DNA of 64,000 nt from Fistulifera solaris (lineage: Eukaryota): contig AP026140.1 of NCBI GenBank assembly GCA_030295235.1, positions 558,001-622,000 on the forward strand, in the 5' to 3' direction. Made by a program: the position numbers and the translations under genes. Every line of letters begins with the position of its first letter. Position 1 is the stretch's first letter. A model generated the notes under the pieces. The model ran no database searches, had not been told where the DNA came from, and saw nothing but the letters and a program-made list of their open reading frames with translations. This document shows positions 25,344 to 36,560 of this stretch, in pieces.

Positions 25344-28300
25344 TTATGGCTTCAATCGTCTGTTCAATGCTTCTACCCGTTGTTTTCGCGTCAAACCTTC
25401 AGTGTCAACACTCGCATACCCCGCTTCACTAGGAAAAACAAAACATAGCTTAATGGCATCCCATGATTTCAGCTTTGGATTTGCCAGTATCATCTCTAAT
25501 GCCTTTTGGTATCGCTGGTCGCCCGCTCTTCCATGTTTGCGACGCTGAGTCGGCCCGTTGGCTAACGCAGTAAGTCGAGTCGAATCATTAGCCGGAAGAG
25601 CTCGTTTTACGTTGGAGGTTATCAGGACTCTCGCTTGCTGGCTGTCCTTATCTACACCGCCATCAACTCTTGGGCGTTTACTGCGGTTTCGTCTTTGGTA
25701 CGTGTCGAGTGCAACATCCTTTTCACCTCCCATGTATGCATCGAAATCTTCTTCATTACTGCTGCTATCATCGTCGTCATCGTTGTTGTGATTTTTGTCA
25801 TCAATTCTACAAGTAATATGGTCATCACCGATTTTCCCCGGTAGCCCCTCGTAAACCATTGCTAGGAATGTCCGACGATCTTGTTCAGCACTAGCTTGTG
25901 TCCATTCACCCATTGCTTGCAATTCAAAGGGAACAAATTGTCTTAATGCGTACCTTCGAATGCTGGCAAAGATTTCGTCCTGCCCAATACAATAAGTTCG
26001 AGAGCCTGGGACGGAATCAATAAGATCATAAGCGTTGCCATATTTAATCAAACTGACGACATGGTCTCGAAATAAAAGCGTAGCCCCTGCGTTGTTGCGT
26101 GCCTGCGCGAGGATTTCCAAGACATCGCGTACACTGTCATCGTCGAAAATATTGGCTACCCTTGCTCCAATCAAGCTTTCGTCTCTTAACACTTGGCTGT
26201 TCACTAGTGAGTTTTCAAGGTTGGTATATTCCTCTGGGTCCGGTCGTAGGATTCTCAGGTATCTTATGCATCCAAAGTCGATATTGTGCTCGATTTTCCG
26301 ATTTTCTATTGTATAGCCAGAACAAATGTGGCACTTCACATTAAGTGCAGAAATTACTGCGCAGGCATTTGCAGTTTCGGGGTTCTGACCTTGGCGTGTA
26401 GAGAGCATGACGACACGTTCCCCTCGGTTGCCATCTTCATCGTTGCCGAAGTCGTTATACTCGTCGTGATCTTCGCCGTTTTCTGCGCTGCTGCCATTGT
26501 TTCCATTGTCGTTGACAACGTCCAAGTCGTTGTCATTTGGAAAATCATTTCTGATGTGTGCAATTTGGAGAGGTTCATTAGTATCATTCTTCTCCTCGTC
26601 GCTGCTATTACTACTGTCGTTAAAGCCGCCGTCATCTTCGTCGTCGTTGTCGTATTCATAGTTAGCGTCGTCGCATATTGTCCATCTTGTGTCGACAAAG
26701 CTTATCACTGGCAATGGCACGCCGTCCTCGATCCATTCTGGCGGCGTTTCATCAGCCGATCGCCCTCGGTGCCGCAAGGCATGTATCTGCCGATAGTTTG
26801 CATTGGCTTGATTCATTTGCGCTCGGAACATCCTAGCATGAAATGCTGCACTTTCTGAGCCGCCATATTGATAATAGCAGAAATATTTTGCCCTGATGCA
26901 CGCCCGCTTCTTTTCTTCATACGTACTATAGTCAGAGTATTTCACCTTCCAAAAAAGTCCCTTCTCGTGGTATACGCCAACCATCTCCCCGTCTTGTCGA
27001 AGCTCAACTGTCGTTGACTTGTTGTTTGCGTTTTGCAAAGCAGAAAAAATCCTCAGATTGCTTTTTCTCGTTATTTTCCCGATTAAGATCAATGTGATCG
27101 ACTTGTTCACGTCTCGTCAACAACTTGCCTGTAAAACACTCCATCGCCAATCGATAAAAAGTCCGAACTCTTCCACAGCACCAAGTAAGCATTTTAATGA
27201 ACGGAACTTTTGAATTTTCGCTGTGCAGCTTGTATGTAATAACGGTGATCTTGCAAAAGTGCCGGCTTCGATATCAAACAAATGGTCACCTTTTTCGTTT
27301 ATCAAGATCGGCAGTTTTGGATGTTTGTACCATCTTTGCTTACGAAGCCATTTTTGTTTGCGACGCAAGGCTCGGCTGCTCAAGCACTGTTTATACTTGA
27401 TCTTTAAATCTCTCGTTGACTCTCGAAGGCTCGATTCGTATCTATCGCAATATGTGAGTGCATTTCTTCCACTTCATACTCAGATTCTGTTGCGACTTAC
27501 CCAGGTGTTCGGTTGGCAAGGAGCATGTTCTCATGTTGCGTTATCCATTCCAGAAGGTCCAAGTTGTTGTTACACCGATCTCCCTTGTGATGGACTACAT
27601 GATTGGGACTTGGCCGAGGTCCATGAAAAGTTGCAGCAATCAACGCCGCGACGGAACATTTGAACCGGGTATTACCCTTACTACAGTCCTCATCAGAAAG
27701 ATTGACATACCGATAGTTCTCAGGGTTTGGAGCTGCCAACATTAGTTTATAGGATCGCACCAACCAACTGTCTTTCCTCGGTTGTTTCCCACGCTTCCAA
27801 GATCTACGACCGATGACTTCGCCTATTCCCTTGTTGAGATAGTCCTTAGCTGTAGCCGTTGTCACCCATTGACGGTGACATGCCAAAACAAACCCGGCCC
27901 GGCTTACGAAGTACACGACTGGAAGATGAGGAAGGTAGTTCGGTGCCATATAAACTTGTGTTCCATCCGCCATGCTGCCAAAGAAGCCTCTCGTTTGACC
28001 TTGCGGCATCGGAACAAACCCTGAATTCTGCGCAACACGGAGGCATTCCTCGTACGCTAATACAGTTTTTTTGGTAGCGAGCATAGCTTGAATGAAGCGC
28101 GGAACTTTGCCCAAGGAGCCCTCCTGAAACAACTTATTAGGAACTCCAATCGGAAGATAGTATCCGTCATCGTCTGAATGGTAGGCGGTACTTTCTTGAT
28201 TTGAAAGTCGTATTAGTTCCCAAAAATCTTGCATTACTGCTGGATCCGCGTATTGAAGAGGGACGCCATCGAAACGAACGCCTTGTGGACGGAGGGTTCG

Positions 28301-28501
28301 ATCTCCATTGAGCTCGAACTCTCTAGGGTCTTGATAGGGTATCGATACAACTGGATCAAGCCTAGCACCAGTGTTTCCATGAATTGAAGCCCAGAACGGT
28401 GGTGTATTGCTGAAAATAGCCAAGGCTATCCTTTCGAATCTCATGGGAGAACTTGATCTCGCAGACAACTGAACACCAGAAATGTTTTCGTTTTCTTCAG
28501 C
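25344..28501 (-). CDS. Multidomain HNH-HNH-AP2 endonuclease-like protein with an acidic linker and a putative papain-like domain (spliced, frameshifted)
   Basis: HNH1 VVHHKGDRCNNNLDLLEW; intron 27500-27442 joins in frame; HNH2 VDHIDLNRENN..NLR; AP2-like GVY...W.V...KYF..QYG..A; NACAVI/DHVVSL/LIDS. 5' exon(s) unresolved. Confidence 0.7.
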
Positions 28502-29451
28502 CTTTGATTGATGAAAGGAGGAACATGAGAAAAAATTTGGATCAAATCAATGGCTTGGTGGATAATCGTTCGAGGACTCCCATCAAAGGACCCACACGGG
28601 TCTAGATTGCCCAACTGTGTGTGTGTGTGTGGCGGTCATTTGGCAAAAATATGAAAGTTGGATCTCTCATTCAGCTCTGTGCGTTATCAAGCGAGACAGA
28701 CGCCCACTGATCAACTGATCCCCGCAGACATCGCGTTCTGGTCATTTCTTATCATCGTAGAACTTTGCCTTATTCATTCAAGAACACAAGCGATCGTTGA
28801 AGTACAACGTTGTTGAGCGTCCACCTAGTGCCTCCAGAACCAGACTCCAGGTTCAGACTTCAGACGCATGACTGCGAGTTTAAATTACATTATTTCTGAA
28901 AGACTTTTTCAGAAGAAAAAGAGTACCCCGCGAGCTCGACATTTTACAACAATGTTTCTCAAAATTGATGTTCGTTGTGAGTTGTGAATGAATATTATTT
29001 CAAACGTTGTTTTTGCCACATTTCGCGGCCACGAAAAGATCGAGTACCGGTCGTGACTGAAGCAGCGACGACTCACGATCAGGCGAAACTAGCAAATAAT
29101 AATACTTTGATACTCCGTATTATATTTTAAGTCCTATCCACGTTGTAGGTTCTTACTCTCGCGATATAAGCCACTAGAAACTGATTCAGACTGGCTGCCC
29201 CCAAAGAGACATCCGATTGGCTGGCCGGGAACCACCCTCACAAGATTCTCATCTACGGCGAATAATAATGTCGTTTTGAGATCTACCGAAAAAGTCCTCG
29301 ATGCAAGTAGACCGGTAACGGGCTAAAAAGTCAAATATTGGCTTTCAGTTCATATAATTGATTAACTCTCTTGTGTAATGTTGTAAGGAGAAAACGTACG
29401 CTTCTTCATTACTCCGTATTTTATTGTCCGACTCTCTCTGAGGGCTGAGGG

Positions 29452-29627
29452 CCATTTCTAACCGGAAGTTTCGTATTCGTATTTTCGCATTTCGCGTTCG
29501 TATCCGGAGAAAATGACAGACGAGAACTTTTGTATTTTCTTATTTCCCTCCCGTTTGGGCAAAATGGAAACGTGCGCGACCGGGCGAATACGAAATTACG
29601 AATTGCGAACATTCCGGTTAGAAATGG
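29452..29627. mobile_element. MITE-like inverted-repeat element
   Basis: Perfect 16-bp inverted repeat CCATTTCTAACCGGAA (29452-29467) / TTCCGGTTAGAAATGG (29612-29627), extending imperfectly ~30 bp inward. No clear TSD. Confidence 0.6.
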
Positions 29628-32600
29628 TAACACTAACACAATCCTAAATATTTATTCCTAATTTTCCTGAAATGCGGATGCTTTTTCGACATTTGACTGA
29701 ATTTTCCACTGTTTTTTCTCTTTTGGCACAAATATTTTTTTCTTTCTTTCAGAAACTCCGATTTCTGAATCACTGTACCACAGTTAGTAGTAAAGCGACA
29801 AACCTGCGCCGGTTTCCCAGTGCGGAGGATTGCGCTGTGGCGCTATCTCTCGGATTTCGCAATAGCATGCTCACCGATCGAACCAACGAGAGACTCAAAC
29901 GAGATCGGATAAACCCACAAATTTCTGAGTACGGTCTCTTCCATTTCTTTTGCAGCTTTCTTGCAAGCTGGCGTGAGGCCGCAACAGCTTGTTTACCCAT
30001 GAGCCCGTCGACAGAAAAAACAAGAGGCGTGAAATCACGGCGGCGGTCCATACAGGGCTTACCGTAAAGTCTTCGTTTCTCGAGTTCTTGGGAAGCAAGA
30101 ACGTTCATTGGCTCGCGATTCTTGTGCGAAGGCGTCAGTGTCGGTAACGCTGGACGTCAAAGATGGTTGTTTTCCGATCGCTCCAGAAACCGTAAGTAGA
30201 AATGTCGCCGAAGTTCTTGTTCTTTTGTGCATTCCGATTGTCAGTGCTGTAAGTGTGGATTGTCGGTTCGCTATGCATTACTGCTTTTGGGCCATGCACA
30301 AAGAGACATGAATTCGTTTTTGACATCGTCGTGTCGAAGGATGACAAGACCGCCCGTGTTTGCATGTTTGAGCGTGTTCTACCGAGAAAGGTTTGTTGCA
30401 TCCGTCACACTTCTGGGGAAGTGCTTGGATAGGTAGACCTGCACGAATCGCGAAGACTGTCTCGGAACTCATCTTTAGACAAATCAGTGTCTGTGAGAGT
30501 TTTCGGTCTGACGGAAAGCCAAATTCCAGACGATTTTGCTCGCAAAAGACGTCGCTTTTCTTGTTTGCCTTTTTCATCGTCTCCTTTCGCGAGCGCAAAT
30601 ATCTTTCAGGGTCTGGAGTTCACTAGCGTGGCGACTTGCGGAAGCCGCAGCTCTTCGATTTTTGCTCGTTCTTGATGTTGTCGGAAGTTTAAATTAAGGT
30701 TCTCGAGCAAACTGCCTGAAATGAGCTTCGTGACTTTTTCCGAAGTTGAGAAATTGTGACGACATGTCTCCACTGGGTTCCAGACTCCGATACCAGCAGC
30801 TTTGGTTCCTAAAGCCAGAATTTTGCGCAATTCTCCGGTGACTGGCTCTTTTTGTCCAAGGAGCGGGAAGAAAATTGTTTTGAATTGCGGATTCTAATGG
30901 TTCGAATAGCGGTGCAATGCGTGGAATGACTCGCTGGATATATTGCCATTCCATTTGAAGAGAGTGACGAAAGCCGGAATAAGCGGACTGGGGATATTTC
31001 TTGGCAACTTCAGAGAGCAGATTGACTGTGCGTGTCCAATTTTTGATTTTTTCTTTGACGTATTCATCTCTTGCAGCTGCTGAACCAATAAAGCCACCAA
31101 GGTATCTGTGTCCGCCGAACATATTCAAATTCATATTTGGACAGAATTTCGTTGCACTTTTCTTCATTGCTCTGTCGACAGACAACAACACTTTGCTTGG
31201 TTCTGGAAAGTAGCCTCGAGCGGGACCGTACTGCATTAGGATTTCCATTGCTTTAGAAATGTCAGAGGATTTTCCAGCCAGAGCAACATCATCCGCATAG
31301 AAGGGCTGAACAATGTCTTTGACATTCTCTCGGATTTTCTCTGCAATAGGAGTAAGAGTTAAACCATAAAGGATCATGCTTAGAGGATCGCCTTGGGCTA
31401 TTCCTTCCCTGCTTAGGATCTCTTCACAGAAGTCAAAGTCTCGTACAAATAGAGTAGATGCATGTCTGTAGCAATTGAAAACAAATCTTGCTCCAGCTGG
31501 CCAAAGGTGCCGAACCGTCCAGAGCATTGAAAATCTGCTGAGTTCATTAAATGCGTTTCTTGCGTCAATTAGGAGCACTGCTTCGGGATCATTTTCGTCA
31601 TAATTTTCTTTTCGGTTGAGATCATCCTCATAGTCCAGCAGTCTTTCAGTGATTTCTTTTTGGACCTCTTCTAGGTTAGATTCGAGATCTTGGGCTTCTT
31701 CATCAGTGAATCCCATTTCAAGAAGAATGGTCTTTTCGAGAAGTGCTTCTTGGTTGGGTGACGCCAGGAATTTTAGCATTGCGTGAATGGATCCCTCGGT
31801 GCCTGAGGAGAGTCCCGTACAAAGGTTAAGGTTACCACATTCTTCTGCTGCCGAGTCACCCTTGAGAATAGCAACCGTTTTGGCCATTAAGCGACGGAAG
31901 ATTTCTTCAATTGCAATAGGGGCGAACTCCGGGCTTTTGTCTAAACCAATAAGTCTTGCATTTAGTAGGGCCCAAATTGCAGCATATGGAGGGCTGTGAT
32001 TTGCAAGCCATTCTGTCCAATGAGCCAACTCGCATCTCAGGCGAAAAGAAACTTTCCCGTGACCTAGGAGCCAATTCTTTAGAGTGACCGCGTCTGTTCC
32101 ACTTGGTCCTCCACTTCCTTTGAGTTTGGTGGCAGAGGTTGCGATTGTTTCTGCGGAGACTTCGTAAAGGAACTGCATCTGGAAGAAAATCATACTGTTC
32201 AAAGGCAAGTCGTCCTTCTGTTGTGTTGAGATCAGGGGTGCGCAACTCTGGATGTTTATCACGTAGAACCTCAATAACTTTGCGATTTGTTTTGGGGTCA
32301 ATATCTTCCGGATCGAGGACTCCTTTTGACTCGGTAGAGGTGAGTAATTGCATTGCTTCTTTGGTTCGTCCGGGATTTCAACATGGCGTCAAAGCGTCGT
32401 GCCCTTTCTTCAAGGGTAAAAGCACGCTTTGATGGCTTATCCCGCTTTGCTTTTTCTAGAACTGTATCGTGATAAAGAGCATGCTGATTTCCCGATAACC
32501 AAAGATCCAATCGATCATTCAGTCTTCTGTTGATGTCTTTTTGTCGTTTGATATGTGGGGTGGACTCAAGAATGACCATGATGAAGACCAAGACTCGCTC

Positions 32601-33722
32601 GAAATTTGCTGTTCTGTGCTTTCGGACGTTTTGTAGCTCTTCAGTTAGAATGGAAAGAAACCGCTTTGAAGTGCCGTTTCGACGGAGGGTGTAAGCTCGT
32701 GACGGTGTTGCAATTAGGGATTTGTACCAGTCTTGCCATTTTTTGTCAACTTCTTCGGGCAGTCCTCCTGTGAGGTGTGTTCCATCATTATCGTGGATGT
32801 GGTCGCCGAAAACTTGACGGATAGTTTGATGTGATTCCGTGTCAACAAATCCCGGAGGTCAGCATCAGGTTCCGGTGTAGAAAGTTGGTTGAATGTTGAG
32901 TTAGTGTGTCGGTCATACATTTCTTCTCCGTCTTCGCCCTCGTCACTGTCATCACTTCGGAAGTCAATAGGAGTGCCGTCGTGAACTTCAACTTGAATGG
33001 TGTCATTATGTCCTGTTTCCTGGTATTCCTGGTTTTGTACTGGTTGAGGTTGTGAGTCGATGACTTCGCGATTACTGTTTTGGATTTGGATCGTCTCATT
33101 TCCCGTGTCATTGTTAGCAGGGTTAGGGTTCGTGTCCTGAGGTCCAAGTCCAACCGGTTGGCAAAATTCCACCATGAGTTCTCTTCCGTTGATAGTGTGA
33201 GTGGTTTGAAGACGATCTTTGTTATGGCAGTCGGAACATTGGCAATTTGTACAGTAAATACCATTTTGCTTGCAGCGGCATCTATTTGTTTTGCAGTGGG
33301 CCTTTGGAGTACATTTGCAGCATCGGGATGCGTTGGCGTTTGGTCCTAAATGAATTTTTGACTTAGTACTCTGCTTCCTAGTGTTCCGCGTTCTGGTACC
33401 TTTTACTGGCTGGTGAGTAGTACTCGAATATGTCAGTTGATCAGGGTCGACTAGATGGATTGATGTTTCGCCAAAACTCACGGATCGCCGATTCGGCGAT
33501 GCAGCGTTTGAACCATGGTTGTCCATGCTGAAAAGCGATTGATCGGTTGATCTGATGAGAGATTGAATGCGAAAAATGAATTCAGCGTCGTCGAATTGTC
33601 CAGAATAGATGACAGGGATTCGAGGGGGGCTTCAGGAATAGTGATTTTAACCTTAACCCGACTGATTTTCCTATGAAGCAAAGCTTGAAATGGTCCTGAG
33701 TTTTATATTGATTCTCTCGGGG
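29628..33722 (-). mobile_element. Non-LTR retrotransposon with restriction-like endonuclease, CRE-like; single ORF ~33526-29770 broken by many frameshifts
   Basis: N-terminal Cys cluster CCKC..C..C.C..C..C.C..C.N. RT motifs LIGLDK.PGVRP, LIDARNAFN, QGDPLSM, YADD and YLGG. CCHC knuckle CDGC..H..C. RLE GDI..FW..IFDV..K..Y..FTPLVFSVDG. Boundaries approximate. Confidence 0.9.
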
Positions 33723-33783
33723 CTAAGGCGCAAGATTAAGGCTCTTGTCTTCATTGGCGGGGGTTCAAATCCCCCTCGCAACA
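33723..33783 (+). pseudogene. 5'-truncated tRNA-Leu(AAG) (D-loop to discriminator)
   Basis: 61 nt identical to 24730-24790, followed by its own TTTT. The 5' acceptor strand and A box are replaced by the retroelement 5' end. Confidence 0.92.
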
Positions 33784-33834
33784 TTCTTTTGATGCCGCCG
33801 ATGGTTATGCTGCCGTTGGATCTTTTTTCCGTCA

Positions 33835-34065
33835 TGGTCGAGTGTCTGTCTCAATGGGGTTTGAATCATTGTCCGGACGACCGTCCGTTTAACCCTAATC
33901 TTTATTCACTGCGTTGTGACCCGCCTCGTGACTTCCAACTCGGGACATACCGGATATTGAGGCATGCGGGTCTAACGCACGGCGGACAGGACAAATAATA
34001 ACAACGACAAACGACAATGGCTGTCGTCAAGCCACGTTACAGACACCTCAATCAAATCCCAGAGA
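33835..34065 (+). ncRNA. Candidate structured ncRNA with a telomere-template-like motif (possible telomerase RNA)
   Basis: Several complementary segments with G-U pairs that favour the + strand enclose an unpaired TAACCCTAA (33890-33898). No convincing ORF. Folded by eye only. Confidence 0.35.
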
Positions 34066-34886
34066 TCAAAAATTGCTGTTTGACTGGAATGCTTGTTTAC
34101 ACGGAAGCGTTCCTTTGGTGATCGTCGATCGATCTATTGGTGAACAAGCGGCCATCGATGCCACATCGACACTGTGAGTTGCGGATCTCTCATACCGTAA
34201 CGCATCATCGACCGCCATTTGATGCCTTTTTTCTCACAAGTTTCTTACAAGAAACGTTTAACTTGCGCGAAAAGAAGGCAATATTGTTCGACGAGAGGCG
34301 ACTCGCCTGGAAAAACTATGAGAAACGAAAAACGCGGAAGAGCGAGAAGCAACAAGTGAAGGGTGAAGGAGAAGGAGGGGAGAGGGTTGAGCCTACAGTA
34401 TGACGACTCCTCTCATTTTTTCGGACTATGAACGCGTTATGTAAGAATGACCGCATGGCCGCAACATCTCGTAGTATGTATCATAAAATCCAGTAACATA
34501 CACAAAGGATTATAGTCGTCGCACAACTTATTGAACCTCATGTCAACGGACCTTCTTCAGTTGAAGGGACGAGATCAGTAAAATCGGTCGCTAAACGAAA
34601 TTTCTCAACCGGAGTACACTTAAAATAATATTTCTCTTCACACTTATCAATTTATGTCGATACAGATTGTAGTCTCTGAGCAATCTGCGATTTTTCTTAT
34701 ATGCCAACTGCCAACTCGCGACTCGCGACAGACGAGAAGGCGTTTTGTGGCATGTGAAATCCGTCGAAAGATACACACACAGCGCTGCTTCCAATCGTCC
34801 TGCATGACAACAATTACAAATACCCAGTATTTGCTTTGACAACGTGTTGTCGCCGCTTTTCAGTTAATTATCAATTTAATAAGACA

Positions 34887-36225
34887 ATGTTCGGCAGTCA
34901 ATATCACTTCGCCATATTCTTTTTCTTGCTCTGCCAGGTGCACAGCATTCTGCATGAATGGGGCCCGACCGACAAGCTCCCGCTTGCGCGACGGAGGAGA
35001 TCCGAACGATTTCTTTGGGACGGCGGTGGATGTGGCGGGCAATACGTTGGCGGCCAGTGCCATTGGTGACACGGATCGCGGTACCGATGCGGGTGCCGTC
35101 TACATCTTCACCAAAGGTTCACGCCGCAAGTGGTCGCTGCAACAAAAGTTGGTTCCGGATGACGGGCCTTTGGAAAATTATGTGAACGATGGATTCGGAA
35201 CATCGGTGTCGCTGCTTCCCGATTTGCTGGCCGTGGGTTCTCCTCGACGCGGTGTAACCATCGGCGATAGTCCGGGTGCTGTTTACATATATCGACGATC
35301 GAATGGAGTTTGGAATCTGGAGCAAATCATCACCGGAGCGGAGTCTGTTCATAATGATTTGTTTGGTAATGCTGTTAAATTCATTGACGAGGCGACTCTT
35401 TTGGTAGGATCGCCTGTGTTTCCGGGTTTGAACAAGGCTGGGTCTATCTATATGTTTGAGGCAGACCTCAACGGGCAATTTCAGCAAACGAGCCGAATTG
35501 AAGGTTCCGAAGCTAAAGGTAACGATTACTTTGGCTGTTCCTTGGATTCAGACGAGAGTCGAGTAATTGTAGGCGCATACGGCGACGAGGGCAAGGGATC
35601 GGCCTATATTTTTGATTTTGTTGCTGGAGCTCTGGTTGAAAATACGAGAGTGGAGCCGGAATTTGGACTAGAAGGTGACGAATTCGGTTATTCCGTAGCC
35701 ATCGGTCCTAAAGTGGCAGCTGTAGGGTCTCGCAGTGATGATGACAACTTTATCGGTAACGGTGCTGGTTCTGTTTTTGTTTACGAGCTGGATGAAACGA
35801 CGTCGTCTTGGGAGTTGTTCCAAAAAATCACACGCACCAATCCTCTCTCACGCATTACAGGACGGGCCGCCACCGGTTTGTTTGGCGAATCTCTAGCGTT
35901 TGACCAAGGATACCTCGTCGTCGGCGCCCCTGGATGGGATGGCGTTGCTTTTGTCAATGGGGGACGCATTTTTGTGTACAAGAAACGCAGTCGCAGTGGA
36001 AAGTGGAGAACTGCCGATATAGTGACTTCTTGTGGTGAAATTCCAGAGGAAGATAACTTTGGAACGACGGTAGCGTTAGACATGACGACAGGAACTTTGA
36101 TTACTGGGTCTATTGAAGGAGGAAGACGAACCGAGGACGGTAGCCCTGGCACTGTGATCATCTTTGAACGCAGAGTCACTGGAATACTACCGTTGCAAAA
36201 GGCCCGTTGCTGGTTAAATTTGTAG
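34887..36225 (+). CDS. Secreted FG-GAP repeat (beta-propeller) protein
   Basis: About seven D.FG.SV...VGA/S...G.VY repeats. The signal peptide from ATG 34887 lies in another frame (frameshift near 34980). Confidence 0.85.
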
Positions 36226-36560
36226 CCTAGCAGGCCAGTCGCTTCATCTGTCGTAGCTTGTGGTCTATGGGTAAGGCATCTCAAGTTAATTACATGCAAT
36301 TTCGAGTTTCTTTGTCATGCAAAAATCTATACCAGGTACAGGATGATACTTTTAGCTAGGAGCTAGGAACCTCGTAAAATGTCTAGTTGTCACACCAAAT
36401 GTTGTAGGTGTCGCAGTCAGACGGGTACTCTTTGGAGCAGCCCAAAATGAATGGTTGCGTTCGCGCGCCGTGAGATCAAAGAAAACGCCCTTCAACGTCA
36501 CACACACTCACAAACTCGCTTTCTCTTCCATTATTTATTGACTCGAATAGTTGTTTCATC

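Noticed and set aside
28616..28631. Short (TG)n as a second Helitron copy
   Set aside because: No matching TC/CTAG termini or shared internal sequence seen.
33120..33130. GGGTTAGGGTT telomere-like motif inside the retroelement
   Set aside because: Under two repeats long and simply encodes NPNP in the ORF.
33723..33845. Circularly permuted tRNA (3' part followed by the A-box-like TGGTCGAGTG)
   Set aside because: The bases before the A-box-like motif (TCCGTCA) cannot pair with the acceptor 3' strand TCGCAAC, and T-runs intervene.
34067..34074. Sm-site-like AATTTTTG on the minus strand (possible snRNA)
   Set aside because: No recognisable U1, U2, U4 or U5 sequence upstream on that strand.
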